From positions 1-60,921 of the forward strand of contig JAIOSJ010000289.1 of NCBI GenBank assembly GCA_021107705.1: a stretch of DNA of 60,921 nt. The letters run 5' to 3'. Origin of the DNA: Thermoanaerobaculales bacterium (lineage in GTDB: Bacteria; Acidobacteriota; Thermoanaerobaculia; Thermoanaerobaculales; Sulfomarinibacteraceae). The notes beneath the pieces are model-generated. The model saw nothing but the letters and a program-made list of their open reading frames with translations. It was not told the origin of the DNA and did not search any database. Position numbers and translations under genes: made by a program. The first letter of the stretch is position 1; each line of letters begins with the position of its first letter. Positions 9,498-19,783 of the stretch are shown here, in pieces.

Positions 9498-10352
9498 ATG
9501 TTGCGTCGGTACCTCTTTACGTTTTCACTTGCTCTGGTTGCGGTTGTCTGCTCGGGTGAGAGCGCACCCCTTCGGGCCTGGCAACAGAGAATCGACGTTG
9601 ACATTCCCCTGCCCATCCCTCAGGTAGAGCTCCAGTCGGCAAATCCGTTCGCGTCAAACGTTGACGTCGTGCCGCGGATCGTTCATTCCGAGCCGCCACG
9701 GAAGATTTCTGTGGTCGGGCATGCGTTGGTCGCGGCCCATGTCGATGCCGATGGAGAATGCAGCGGCGCGGTCCCTTTGGAAATGCCGTTCCCCGGGCTT
9801 ACGCGGACGGTTCTCACGGCCTTTGAGGCTGGACGGTTTGACCCGGCCCAGTCCGGCGGTCGTGCGCGTCCTTCCTGGGTCGTGGTTGATGTCAGAATCG
9901 AGGGAAAGGTGAGGGAGGCTTCGGTCATCAGCAAAGACCTGGCTCTACCTGACCCCAACGATCCTCCAAAACCCGTCACTCCGGCTTTGGCGGCCCCCAC
10001 GGGGAGGCTTCGTCAACTTCCGGCGGCCGATTCCACCGAACTCACGGCCCTCGCCGCCCTCAAACGCCTCAAGGTTCGAGCCCCATCCGGCGAACCGGAG
10101 GTGTCGATTCAGGCACTGGTTCATGTCACCGCGGTGGGCCGCTGCGATAAGTTCGTTCCCCTGGTTTTGGATTCAGGCCTTGATCGGTGGTTCTCTGGTT
10201 TCCTCGCGACCTGGCGCCTCGAGCCGGCGACCCACGAGGGCTCTCCGGTTGACGCATGGGTGGTTTACACCGCCCGCCTACGGATGAAACTCTCGACTCT
10301 CCAGAGTACTTCTTGTCAAGTCCTCGCTGACCGCAGGTTCGAACCCAAATAG
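9498..10352 (+). CDS. hypothetical secreted protein, possibly two degenerate TonB-C-like repeats
   Basis: Signal-like N-terminus MLRRYLFTFSLALVAVVCSG. Two segments loosely follow the TonB_C pattern (for example AGRFDPAQSGGRARPSWVVVDV). Confidence 0.6.
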   Translation: MLRRYLFTFSLALVAVVCSGESAPLRAWQQRIDVDIPLPIPQVELQSANPFASNVDVVPRIVHSEPPRKISVVGHALVAAHVDADGECSGAVPLEMPFPGLTRTVLTAFEAGRFDPAQSGGRARPSWVVVDVRIEGKVREASVISKDLALPDPNDPPKPVTPALAAPTGRLRQLPAADSTELTALAALKRLKVRAPSGEPEVSIQALVHVTAVGRCDKFVPLVLDSGLDRWFSGFLATWRLEPATHEGSPVDAWVVYTARLRMKLSTLQSTSCQVLADRRFEPK

Positions 10353-10383
10353 AGGCGAGGTTTTTGAGTCGTCAGAACACGAC

Positions 10384-12294
10384 TCAGCGCTGCCTTCCGA
10401 TCACGCGACGTCTATTTCCCGTTCGCACCGTGATCCTCTCCGAATCCAACCACTCAAGGATCGGAATCGCCAGCTTTCTCGTCAATCCGAATTCCGCTTT
10501 AAAATCAGCGACGCCGAAATCCTTCAGTGACCAACCCCGCAAAACCCGCACAATCTCATCAAGGGCCGACCGGTGGATGTACCACCGTCCCTCGAGACGA
10601 ACCAGCACTCCCTGCTGAACGAGAAACTTGCACACGCCCTCGACCATCGCCGGGCGCGCATGAATGCGCTCGGCCGCTTCGCCGGGAGATGGCGGCTCCA
10701 GAGAAGCCTCGCGGTAGAGGTCATCCAGTCGCCGGCTCAACTTCGCCCCGGCATCGCTCATGTGACTGTTCACCCCCGGCGGAAGAACTCGACCTTCAAC
10801 CAATTCGAGGACTTTTCGGTAACGGAGTTCATCCAGGTACTGCGGGGCAAGGAAGCGGGCAGGAGGAGAGAGAAGCGAACTCATGAAATCCCTTGCCGGA
10901 ACTCCGGATGAAACCGTTTCGTCCTGTAAACGGCGACCGATTTCACAACGCGCACGCTCCACCAGGTCAACGAGTGTGTCTTCTTTCACAAAGCGCGGCG
11001 GCTGAGTTTCCAGCGAACGAATGTTCTTGGCCGCGAGCAACCGCCCAAGAGTCGCCTCGGCGATTTCGGGCAACACGCCGAGTCGGCCGGAAAGATCATC
11101 AAGCGAAGGCGCCACGAGGCCGGCCTCTCCGATCCAACGGTCGAAGAGTTGAGGCCATGCACCCCGCTGAACGGTGGGCAGATCGTGAAGATCGGCAGCC
11201 TCTTTTCGTCGGAAGCGGCGCAGCCTGGTGTCCAAAACCAAACCTCCGGCGAAGGTGTTCACCGGGGCTGAACGGCGGAGGACAACACGGTCGCCGGGAA
11301 ACAACATCATCGGCCGGCTAAGGGAGATCTGGGCCGTCACCGTGTGCCCCGGCATCACCGGGCGATCCGAAAGCCGGTCGATGCGGGCGATGGACCGCGC
11401 CGCAAGCGCGTGTAACTCGACCTCGTCGCCTTCATCCAGGGAACTTGGCGCCGAGGCAAGGACCTCCAATCGAAGGCTGAGCAACCGGGTTGGGACCCAC
11501 GGGCCCGGCGTCATAATCTGAGATCCTCGATCACAATCGCCTTTGGCCAGACCGACTATGTTGAGAGCGACCCTCTCTCCGGCTTCCACATCCTTTCGTT
11601 CCTCTCCGTGCACGTGGAGCCGCCGGACGCGAGCTTCGAGTCCTGAAGGCAGAACAGTCACGGTTCGGCCAACCTCAAGGCGCCCCCACAACGAGGTCCC
11701 CGTTACGACAGTACCGGCGCCCGACAGACTGAAAACCCGATCGATTGCCTCTCGGAAGGGCCTCCCTTCCACCTGATGGGGCCGAGCGCTCAGGGCTTGG
11801 TGCAACAGGGTTTTGCGAAGTTCACTCAGTCCCTCCCCGGTCGAGGCCGACACCGGCAGAATGGGAACTTCCGCAAAAGGCGTCCCTTCAAGGATTTCCC
11901 GCACCTCCTCGATCGCAAACTCGGCCGTCTCCCGATCGACGAGATCCACCTTGGTAAGAGCGACGGCGCCTCCTGCCACCCCCATAAGCCGGATGACCTC
12001 GAGATGCTCTCGAGTCTGAGGCATCACCCCCTCGTCGGCGGCCACCACGAGCAGGGCGAGATCAATACCCGACGCCCCGGCGATCATCGTGTGGACCAAC
12101 CGCTCGTGACCCGGCACATCCACGAAATGCAGAACCAGCTCTTGGTCTTCGAGGTGAGCAAATCCAAGATCAATGGTAATACCGCGATCGCGTTCCTCGG
12201 GAAGTCGATCGCAATCTATTCCCGTAAGGGCCTTCACCAGTGAGGTTTTCCCATGATCAATGTGCCCCGCCGTACCATAAACCACATGACGCAT
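10384..12294 (-). CDS. selB: selenocysteine-specific translation elongation factor
   Basis: [37 protein letters not shown] and DVPGHERL G-domain motifs, plus a long winged-helix C-terminal extension. The start is taken at the internal MRHVVYG; the ORF extends to 12354. Confidence 0.9.
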   Translation of the reverse strand: MRHVVYGTAGHIDHGKTSLVKALTGIDCDRLPEERDRGITIDLGFAHLEDQELVLHFVDVPGHERLVHTMIAGASGIDLALLVVAADEGVMPQTREHLEVIRLMGVAGGAVALTKVDLVDRETAEFAIEEVREILEGTPFAEVPILPVSASTGEGLSELRKTLLHQALSARPHQVEGRPFREAIDRVFSLSGAGTVVTGTSLWGRLEVGRTVTVLPSGLEARVRRLHVHGEERKDVEAGERVALNIVGLAKGDCDRGSQIMTPGPWVPTRLLSLRLEVLASAPSSLDEGDEVELHALAARSIARIDRLSDRPVMPGHTVTAQISLSRPMMLFPGDRVVLRRSAPVNTFAGGLVLDTRLRRFRRKEAADLHDLPTVQRGAWPQLFDRWIGEAGLVAPSLDDLSGRLGVLPEIAEATLGRLLAAKNIRSLETQPPRFVKEDTLVDLVERARCEIGRRLQDETVSSGVPARDFMSSLLSPPARFLAPQYLDELRYRKVLELVEGRVLPPGVNSHMSDAGAKLSRRLDDLYREASLEPPSPGEAAERIHARPAMVEGVCKFLVQQGVLVRLEGRWYIHRSALDEIVRVLRGWSLKDFGVADFKAEFGLTRKLAIPILEWLDSERITVRTGNRRRVIGRQR

Positions 12295-12394
12295 TGCGCC
12301 ATGGTACACCCTCGACCGAGGTCCAGAGATCCCCCGGCCTTGGGATTGGACCACCTATAGACTTCGGTGACCGTGACCAACTACTCTGTGTGCG

Positions 12395-13360
12395 ATGCCA
12401 GCTGATCATGATTCAGATGTGACGATCGCAATGGTTCTGGCCGCCGGTAGGGGTAGCCGTCTGCGTCCATTGTCCAACACACTCCCGAAACCGGCCCTTC
12501 CCCTTCCCGGTGGTCCGGTCATCGGGTGGAGTCTCCGCCAGGCGGTCGCGGCTGGGGTCCGGCGTACGGTGGTCAATACTTGGTGGTTGGCTGAGGCGAT
12601 GGAGAAAGCAGTGCTTTCCGCTGCACCTTCCGAACTGCAGCTCGCCTTCTCCCGAGAAAAGGACCTCATGGAAACCGCCGGCGGACTCGCCTTGGCCAGA
12701 GACCGAGGCCTTCTCGACGGAAAGGGTCCCATTCTGGTCGTCAATGGAGACGGAATTTTGAATCTCGACCTGGACCCCGTCCTCTCCCGGCACGCCGCTT
12801 CGGGCGATGAGGTCACCCTCGCCCTGTTGCCCCACCTCGCACCCGAACGATGGTCACGTGTGTTTCTGGACGGTAACGGCTTCGTCAAAACAATTCGGTC
12901 GCCCGGTCTTCCAAAGACCGGAGAGGTTCCTCTCCTCTACCCCGGCGTGATGCTTGTGTCCAGAACAGCCCTGGCGGCCCTTCCCTCTCTTCCTTGCGGT
13001 GCGGCCTCCGCCCTGTGGGAACCGGCCATGGAGCGTGGGCGCCTTGGTGGAGTGGTCGTTAGCGGCCACTGGCGCGAGGTAGGCACCCCCAACGACTACC
13101 TCGAGGCAGTCCTGGCCCTCCTCGGTGATCGCGGGGTATTCGAACCCGATGCCCGAATCCATCCGGACGCCCATGTCGGGCGTGCTTATGTGGGTACGCG
13201 GGTCGAGATTTCGAAAGGCGCCGTGATCGGCGACTCGGTGATCAGCCACGGTGTGTCGGTCGGCGCCGGCGCCAAAGTCATCCGCTCGGTTCTGCTGGGT
13301 CGCCTCCAAATTCGACCCGGCGAGACAGTTGTCGATGACTTTCGTTCCGCCGATATTTGA
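12395..13360 (+). CDS. NDP-sugar pyrophosphorylase family nucleotidyltransferase with C-terminal left-handed beta-helix
   Basis: LAAGRGSRLRPLSNTLPKPALPL signature. C-terminal hexapeptide-like repeats (VGTRVEISKGAVIGDSVISHGVSVGAGAKV). The start could be at 12419 or 12431. Confidence 0.8.
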   Translation: MPADHDSDVTIAMVLAAGRGSRLRPLSNTLPKPALPLPGGPVIGWSLRQAVAAGVRRTVVNTWWLAEAMEKAVLSAAPSELQLAFSREKDLMETAGGLALARDRGLLDGKGPILVVNGDGILNLDLDPVLSRHAASGDEVTLALLPHLAPERWSRVFLDGNGFVKTIRSPGLPKTGEVPLLYPGVMLVSRTALAALPSLPCGAASALWEPAMERGRLGGVVVSGHWREVGTPNDYLEAVLALLGDRGVFEPDARIHPDAHVGRAYVGTRVEISKGAVIGDSVISHGVSVGAGAKVIRSVLLGRLQIRPGETVVDDFRSADI

Positions 13361-13361
13361 C

Positions 13362-13955
13362 CTAGCGCGCAATTCGCCAACGATCCCAACCGACGCTCCA
13401 AGCCAGCGTCCGCATTCGGCCTGTGACACCGAAGATCCGGATCGCCCGCATGGAACTCTTGCGATCCGTCAGGTATATCGAACCCGAACTTGATGTTCCC
13501 TGGGCGGTAAATGTCAGTATATTCCCCGATCCCGCGCGCACAGGATCGTCCATGTTTCCGCCGAGCGATCCGCTGCCACCAGGGTCAGGAATTCGAATTC
13601 CCTGGAGGATGCCGAAGCCCACAGCTCCCACCTCCAACTCCAATACTCTGCCGACGACCAGATCTCGGCCTGCCGCCAGATCGGCTCTTCTGACACCGTC
13701 TCCATCTCCGTCCCTGCACACGTAACATTGCCAGCCGCCACCGGAAAGACGGTCGAAAACCAAAGCCGTGGCCATACCGGTGTTCACGGCCTCGGCACGG
13801 GCGCGCCAAAGCTGTGAGCGAACATTTTCGGTTGCCCTTCGAAGGGCTGCGCCTCTCTGGGCCGAACCCAATTGAGGAATGGCAATCGCTGCACTCAAAC
13901 CGATCAAAAGAACCATCCCGAGCATTTCAACCAATGTCTGTCCTCGTTGAACCAT
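13362..13955 (-). CDS. prepilin-type N-terminal cleavage/methylation domain protein (GspH/FimT-like pseudopilin)
   Basis: ATG at 13955 after GGAGG. MVQRGQTLVEMLGMVLLIGLSAAIAIP is a class III signal plus a hydrophobic helix. Confidence 0.75.
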   Translation of the reverse strand: MVQRGQTLVEMLGMVLLIGLSAAIAIPQLGSAQRGAALRRATENVRSQLWRARAEAVNTGMATALVFDRLSGGGWQCYVCRDGDGDGVRRADLAAGRDLVVGRVLELEVGAVGFGILQGIRIPDPGGSGSLGGNMDDPVRAGSGNILTFTAQGTSSSGSIYLTDRKSSMRAIRIFGVTGRMRTLAWSVGWDRWRIAR

Positions 13956-14055
13956 GAAAACCTCCGTGATCTTGCGCCGAGAAAGAAAGCGGCCCCGAAA
14001 GGCCGCTTTCCCCATCCACGCTGCAGTTGTTGATAAACCTCTTAGAACTCCATTC

Positions 14056-14400
14056 TTATGATTTTTCGTTCTTCTGAGCCTTGGCCCGCGGCAGGCGCAC
14101 CTTCTTGACGAGGGTCGTCTCTCCCTCAACGCTCAGGTAGGGCAGGATCTTGCTCAGCGATTTCTCGCCGATTCCCTTCACCGCCACGAGTTCATTCACT
14201 CCCCGAAAGGCGCCGTTGGCGTCACGGAATTCGATGATCCTCTGAGCCAAAGAGGGTCCCACCCTGGGCAACAGTTGAAGTTGCTCCGCCGAGGCGGTGT
14301 TTAGATTGACCTTGCCGGCCTGACTCGCTTCATCAGCGAAGGCGCCCGGTGTTGCGATCAGAGCCGCAACTACGATAACGATCGGAATCAAATGTTTCAT
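14056..14400 (-). CDS. ComEA-like helix-hairpin-helix DNA-binding protein (secreted)
   Basis: Signal peptide MKHLIPIVIVVAALIATPGAFA, then VNLNTASAEQLQLLPRVGPSLAQRIIEFR...LVAVKGIGEKS (tandem HhH). AGGAGAG lies upstream. Confidence 0.8.
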   Translation of the reverse strand: MKHLIPIVIVVAALIATPGAFADEASQAGKVNLNTASAEQLQLLPRVGPSLAQRIIEFRDANGAFRGVNELVAVKGIGEKSLSKILPYLSVEGETTLVKKVRLPRAKAQKNEKS

Positions 14401-14783
14401 CATCTCTCCTTTTGTTTCGAATGGTTGGTGTTGGTTCCAGACGCTGGTTTTCTTGCTTCTCAGGTCGTATCCATAGGCTGCCTCCCTCATTCGTTCTGCC
14501 TGGGGTATGGCAAGGTCCATGCCAAGACCGGAAAAAAGCTGGAAAATATTGATTTTAAATGGGTTGTTGGCGTTTTGGCCGGAAACGAACTCGGGGCATG
14601 AGGAGAAAATTATTACAGATCGTCACCAAGATGCCGGTGGGGATAGTGTAAGAGAATTCATACAGCGTCGAATTGTTATACTCCCGGGGTTCGGCATTGC
14701 CCGAACCCAGGAATTCCATGCACTCTTTCGGTGAAGATTCAGAAGTCGTCCGGCCCACCCGGTCTCGCCTCGAGACCGGAGAG

Positions 14784-15410
14784 ATGCGGGGTAATCCCCG
14801 AGAATTTGCGCTAATTGTTTCCGGGGCTTCGGGAATGGTTCTGGCCAGACGCTTCGCTGAGATCGTGCTCGAGAACACACCAATTGACGTCCTCCACCTC
14901 GTTGTGACCGCTGCAGCCGCCCAGGTTCTGGCTCATGAACTCGGAGGAGCGTGGGCCACTGCGGATGGTTTTCGGGACCAACTCGCCCTGTCTGACGAAG
15001 AGAAGGGGCGTGTTCAGACGTGGTCAGATGCTAACCTTGGAGCGCCGATTGCCTCTGGTTCCCATCTTCTGGAGGGCACTGTTGTCCTACCCTGCTCCGC
15101 CGGAATGGCGGGGGCCATTTCTCTCGGAATTTCACGAGGACTCGCTCAAAGGGCCGCCGATGTCGCGCTCAAACAGCATCGACCTTTGGTGATCGGCGTC
15201 CGGGAAAGTCCACTTTCGGAGATTCTCCTGAAGAACCTCTTGAGACTGGCGCGTGCCGGTGCGCACATCGTGCCGCCGATGCCGGCCTTCTACCTGAAAA
15301 CGGATGAGGGAAGGACCATGGACCGCTTTGTCGACCATTACTGTCTGCGGGTGTTGGATCTTCTCGGAATCCATCTTGAGGGCAGCAACCTCCGGTGGCC
15401 CCCACGATGA
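14784..15410 (+). CDS. ubiX: flavin prenyltransferase UbiX/Pad1 family
   Basis: FALIVSGASG start, VVLPCSAGMAGAISLG and PLVIGVRESPLS are typical UbiX strings. ATG at 14784 after GGAGAG. Confidence 0.85.
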   Translation: MRGNPREFALIVSGASGMVLARRFAEIVLENTPIDVLHLVVTAAAAQVLAHELGGAWATADGFRDQLALSDEEKGRVQTWSDANLGAPIASGSHLLEGTVVLPCSAGMAGAISLGISRGLAQRAADVALKQHRPLVIGVRESPLSEILLKNLLRLARAGAHIVPPMPAFYLKTDEGRTMDRFVDHYCLRVLDLLGIHLEGSNLRWPPR

Positions 15411-16303
15411 AAGGCAACCGGCTTTTTCTTACCAACCTTCTTGAAACCGGGGAGATGATCAAGTTTCAGCACACCGTCTTTGCCCTGCCTTTCGCTGTGA
15501 TTGCACTGGTCAGTGCGTTCCCAGGCGCCTACCCTCCACTCAGAATCTGGCTCTTGGTCCTTGCGGCCATGATCACCGCCAGGACCGCTGCTATGGCCTT
15601 CAACCGCCTCGTGGATCACGGGGTCGATCTTGAAAATCCGCGCACAGCGAGCCGTTCCCTTCCGGCCGGGAGACTCGGTCGGGGCTATGTCTGGGGAGTC
15701 ACCCTGGTTTCATCATTTCTTTTTGTGGTGGCTGCCGGGATGCTCAATCGCCTGTGCCTGATACTTGCCCTACCGACGCTCGTCTTTCTGCTCGGCTATT
15801 CCTATACCAAACGCTTTACGGCGGCCTCTCATTTATGGCTCGGCGCGTCGCTGGGCCTCGCACCCGTCGGCGCGTGGGTCGCGGCCACCGGCCGCCTGCA
15901 GGCGCCCGCGGTGATTCTCGGCGCGGGGGTACTGATGTGGGTCGCCGGTTTTGACATCATCTATTCCCTCCAGGACGAGGCTTTTGATCGCCTCCACGGG
16001 CTCCATTCGGTCCCGTCGTATTTCGGCGCACAGCGTGCGCTTCTGCTCTCCCGCCTGCTGCACATCGGGGCATGCCTCGGCTTTGCCGTCTTTGCCGTGC
16101 AGACCGGTGGCGGGCCTTTGCGTTTTTCGGCGGTTGCGGGCGCGGCAGCACTTCTGACGTGGCAACACAGCCTTGTCCGTCCCGGTGATTTGAGCCGAGT
16201 CGATGCCGCGTTCTTTACCGCAAACGGTGTTTTGTCGGTCATCATGGGCCTTCTCTTTGTCGCCGCCGGTTTCACCGACGTTGTAGTATTGGTTCGGCCA
16301 TGA
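15407..16303 (+). CDS. UbiA-family aromatic prenyltransferase (4-hydroxybenzoate polyprenyltransferase or MqnP-like)
   Basis: NRLVDHGVDLENPRTASRSLPAG (NxxxDxxxD region), a second Asp-rich DIIYSLQDEAFD, and about 8 TM helices. ATGA overlap with the ubiX stop. Confidence 0.85.
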   Translation: MKGNRLFLTNLLETGEMIKFQHTVFALPFAVIALVSAFPGAYPPLRIWLLVLAAMITARTAAMAFNRLVDHGVDLENPRTASRSLPAGRLGRGYVWGVTLVSSFLFVVAAGMLNRLCLILALPTLVFLLGYSYTKRFTAASHLWLGASLGLAPVGAWVAATGRLQAPAVILGAGVLMWVAGFDIIYSLQDEAFDRLHGLHSVPSYFGAQRALLLSRLLHIGACLGFAVFAVQTGGGPLRFSAVAGAAALLTWQHSLVRPGDLSRVDAAFFTANGVLSVIMGLLFVAAGFTDVVVLVRP

Positions 16304-16983
16304 GTTCCGAGCAAATGCCATTTCGCCACATCGCCGTCGAGGGACCCATCGGCGTCGGCAAGACGTCCCTGGTTGAGTTGCTGACGAAAAGATTCGAAGG
16401 GGTTATGGTTCTGGAAGACATCAGCAACCCCTTCCTGCCGGCCTTCTATGAAGGACGGCCCGGCGCCTCGTTCCAGGTTCAGGTGTATTTCCTGCTCTCT
16501 CGTTTCCAGCAGCAGCGGGAAATTCGCCAGATGAATTTGTTTCAGCGACTGGTTCTGGCTGACTACATCTTTCCGAAGGACCGGATCTTCGCCTACCTCA
16601 ATCTCGATGACGACGATCTGAAGGTGTATGAGAAGCTGTACCCGGTCCTCGAACAAGAGGTTGCCAAGCCGGATCTCGTAATCTATATGCAGGCTTCGGT
16701 TCCGGTTCTCAAGGAACGCATCGCCCATCGAGATCGGCACTACGAAAGAGATATGGACACCGAATATCTCGAGCGTCTCAGCGAGGCCTACTCATATTTC
16801 TTCTTTCACTACCAGGAGACGCCGCTTCTGGTGGTCAATACCGACGACATAGATTTTGTCAACGACTCCAATGACCTCGATGCCCTCATTCAACAGATCA
16901 TCCACTGCCGGAGAGGAACCCAAGTGTATGTGCCGCTGGGATCGACCAGGACCCGATTGACGGAAGATTCTGGGGATTTGTGA
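16300..16983 (+). CDS. deoxynucleoside kinase family protein
   Basis: P-loop EGPIGVGKTS, ERIAHRDRHYE (DRH/ERS-type motif), about 227 aa. ATGA overlap with the upstream stop. Confidence 0.8.
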   Translation: MSSEQMPFRHIAVEGPIGVGKTSLVELLTKRFEGVMVLEDISNPFLPAFYEGRPGASFQVQVYFLLSRFQQQREIRQMNLFQRLVLADYIFPKDRIFAYLNLDDDDLKVYEKLYPVLEQEVAKPDLVIYMQASVPVLKERIAHRDRHYERDMDTEYLERLSEAYSYFFFHYQETPLLVVNTDDIDFVNDSNDLDALIQQIIHCRRGTQVYVPLGSTRTRLTEDSGDL

Positions 16984-17001
16984 TTCGGGCTTGGAGGGAA
17001 A

Positions 17002-18291
17002 ATGCTGCTGCGTGATTTATTTCGCCGTGATCCTGAGCGCATCCGACGGATGTTGGCCGAACGTCATACAGACGCGCCTTTTGATCGTCTGCTCGAAGTC
17101 GACGGCTCCTGGCGGGAACTCGTACTTCAACTCGACGAACTCAAAGCGCGTCGCAATATCGGATCCAAGGAAATAGGCGGCCTCTTTCGTGAGGGCAGGG
17201 GCCAAGAGGCCGAAAGCCGAAAGGCTGAGATGAGCCGGATCGGCGATCAGATCAAGGAGATCGAAGAAAGGGCACACCTTCTCGAGCAGGAATTGGCTGA
17301 ACTCGAACTGAGTTTGCCCAATCTGCTTCACGAGACCGTGCCGGCGGGCGCCACCGAAAATGACAATCTCGAAGTCCGCACATGGGGCGTGCCACCCACC
17401 TTCTCCTTCGAACCACAGGCTCACTGGGATCTCGGCCCCTCTCTCGGGGTGGTCGATTTTGAGCGCGCCGCCAAAGTGGCCGGTGCTCGATTCGCAGTAC
17501 TCAAAGGCGCCGGCGCAGCCCTTGAACGAGCCCTGATCTCCCTGATGCTTGACATCCATACCCGTGAGCACGGTTACACCGAAGTGCTCACGCCCTACAT
17601 CGTCAATTCGGCGTCCCTTCAGGGCACCGGCCAACTGCCGAAATTTGCCGATGATCTCTTTCATCTCGACGGCCACGATCTCTATCTCATTCCCACCGCC
17701 GAGGTCCCGGTCACCAATTTGCACCGCGATGAGACTCTCGACGAGGCTCAGTTACCACTTCGATATTGTGCCTTCACACCGTGCTTTCGCTCGGAGGCGG
17801 GATCTCACGGCAAAGATGTTCGCGGACTCATTCGCCAGCACCAATTCCACAAGGTCGAGCTGGTGCAGCTGACCACGCCCCAACAGTCGATCGAGAGCCT
17901 TGAAGAACTCACCGGCCATGCCGAGCGTGTGCTGCAGGTGCTCGAGCTGCCCTATCGGGTGGTGATTCTGTGTGCGGGAGATGTCGGCTTCTCAGCCGCC
18001 AAGACCTACGACCTCGAAGTTTGGCTTCCCGGTCAGAATCGCTATCGTGAGATATCGTCCTGTTCCAACTTCTCAGACTTTCAGGCCCGCCGGGCCCTCC
18101 TCAGGTATCGACCCGACGAGGGCGGAAAGGCTCGTCTCGTCCACACCGTCAACGGTTCCGGCCTCGCCGTCGGCCGCACTCTGGTGGCGGTCCTCGAAAA
18201 CTACCAACAGAAAGACGGCTCTGTCGTTGTACCCACGGCCCTCAGACCGTACATGGGCGGCTTGGAGTTGATTGAGAAACTCGAGCCGTGA
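17002..18291 (+). CDS. serS: seryl-tRNA synthetase
   Basis: N-terminal coiled-coil arm, class II motifs ([49 protein letters not shown]). Confidence 0.95.
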   Translation: MLLRDLFRRDPERIRRMLAERHTDAPFDRLLEVDGSWRELVLQLDELKARRNIGSKEIGGLFREGRGQEAESRKAEMSRIGDQIKEIEERAHLLEQELAELELSLPNLLHETVPAGATENDNLEVRTWGVPPTFSFEPQAHWDLGPSLGVVDFERAAKVAGARFAVLKGAGAALERALISLMLDIHTREHGYTEVLTPYIVNSASLQGTGQLPKFADDLFHLDGHDLYLIPTAEVPVTNLHRDETLDEAQLPLRYCAFTPCFRSEAGSHGKDVRGLIRQHQFHKVELVQLTTPQQSIESLEELTGHAERVLQVLELPYRVVILCAGDVGFSAAKTYDLEVWLPGQNRYREISSCSNFSDFQARRALLRYRPDEGGKARLVHTVNGSGLAVGRTLVAVLENYQQKDGSVVVPTALRPYMGGLELIEKLEP

Positions 18292-18363
18292 GGGGGTCCC
18301 CTGCGGCCACAAAACAGGGTGCCTGTTCCCATCGACACCAGAATGCTACTCTGACCTGTGTTG

Positions 18364-18549
18364 TTGGCCCGCACTTCTCACCGTGTTTCGTCGCGAGGGC
18401 TGCGAAGGGTAGTTAGATGTTGGGTTTTTCGGGAATCGGGCGACGCAGTCGTAGCAACGCTCCGTCGAGGAGAACGATTTGCGAAAAGCACGACAAATGG
18501 CTGCCATGCGCCGCCCGCAGCAGACAGCTGGTGAGAAGCGCGGGTTAGG
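18364..18549 (+). repeat. 186-nt intergenic inverted-repeat element (copy A)
   Basis: CCCGCACTTCTCACC (18368-18382) pairs with GGTGAGAAGCGCGGG (18530-18544). It is collinear with the 53.7 kb copy, needing one 1-nt indel, with about 120 identical positions by hand count. Confidence 0.8.
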
Positions 18550-18556
18550 AGGTCCT

Positions 18557-19783
18557 ATGAGCCTGGAAAAACTTAACGCCGCCTTGGTTGACGAGGTCCG
18601 GAATCTCGAGCAGGAGGGACGGGCGAAAACGGCCGAGAGAGTCATCGTGGGTTATGAACCGCCACAAGGAGATTTTGGGCCCCGCTACAGGCTCAAGGGC
18701 TCCGGCATTGGTTTCATCCGCATGAACTCCAACTCATACCTGTCTCTCTCCCACCACCCCGAGGTCATATCGGAGGCCGACAAGGCAACACATATCTTCG
18801 GCGTCGGACCGGGAGCAGTCCGCTTTATCGACGGCACCTTCAACTATCACGTGGCCCTCGAACGAGACATCGCCGAATTTGTCGACAAGCCGGCAGCGAA
18901 GATCTTCAATTCGGCCTACACCGCCAACCTCGGTCTTGCGCTTGCGATCGCCGGCCCCCGGACCTACTGGGTGGGCGATGCGCTGAACCACAACTCCATC
19001 ATCCGTGCCATGCGTATCGCCGGGGTTCCGCGTGAGAACAAGGCGATTTACAAGCACAACGACATGGATGACCTTGGGCGCTGTCTCGACCACATTCCAG
19101 CCGGTATGGACCGGGTGGTTGTGATCTTTGACGGGATCTTCTCCATGCGTGGCGACAACGCTCCGATGACCGAGATCCACCGTCGATGTGAGCCTCACCG
19201 AGATCGGTTCTCCAGTGGTCTGGTGACGGTCGTCGACGACAGCCATGGTCTCGGCGCCTATGGCGCTACAGGGCGCGGTACCGAAGATTTCTGCGGTACC
19301 AAAGCCGACATCACGGTGGGGACCTTCGGCAAGGCATTCGGCGTCAACGGCGGCTTCGTCGCCGCCAGCCCCGAGCTCACCGAGACGATCCGCCAGAAAG
19401 CCGACACCTACATCTACACCAATCCGCTGAGTGTTGCCGATTGTGCCGCGGCCTCGAAGGCCCTCGACATTGCCGACAGTCCTGCGGGCGCCGAGAGGCT
19501 CGAACATCTGCGTGCCATGACGGGTCTTTTTCGCCAAGGCATCTCGGACCTCGGCTGGGAATCTATCCCGGGACCCCACCCGATTGTGCCGTTGCTGGTC
19601 CGCGAGACCGAAAAGACCAAGAAACTCGTCCGGCATTTCTACGACCATGGTGTACTGGTCGTCGGTCTCGCCTTCCCGGTCGTCCCCAAGGGTGACGACA
19701 CGATTCGGGTACAGATCAATGCCGCCCACACGGAAGCAGATATCAAAACGGCCTTGGGCGTGCTGGAGAGTTTTTCAAGTTAG
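18557..19783 (+). CDS. PLP-dependent alpha-oxoamine synthase family (2-amino-3-ketobutyrate CoA ligase / 8-amino-7-oxononanoate synthase-like)
   Basis: ATG at 18557 after TAGGAGG. NSYLSLS, DDSHGLGAYGATGRG and the PLP-lysine context TFGKAFG. Confidence 0.85.
   Translation: MSLEKLNAALVDEVRNLEQEGRAKTAERVIVGYEPPQGDFGPRYRLKGSGIGFIRMNSNSYLSLSHHPEVISEADKATHIFGVGPGAVRFIDGTFNYHVALERDIAEFVDKPAAKIFNSAYTANLGLALAIAGPRTYWVGDALNHNSIIRAMRIAGVPRENKAIYKHNDMDDLGRCLDHIPAGMDRVVVIFDGIFSMRGDNAPMTEIHRRCEPHRDRFSSGLVTVVDDSHGLGAYGATGRGTEDFCGTKADITVGTFGKAFGVNGGFVAASPELTETIRQKADTYIYTNPLSVADCAAASKALDIADSPAGAERLEHLRAMTGLFRQGISDLGWESIPGPHPIVPLLVRETEKTKKLVRHFYDHGVLVVGLAFPVVPKGDDTIRVQINAAHTEADIKTALGVLESFSS

Noticed and set aside
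10365-10386. Hairpin GAGTCG-N8-CGACTC between the convergent hypothetical gene and selB, considered as a bidirectional terminator.
   Set aside because: The only T-run precedes the stem on the plus strand, which gives an A-run after it on the minus strand. Neither orientation therefore has the stem-then-U-tract layout. The stem is short and overlaps the selB stop codon.
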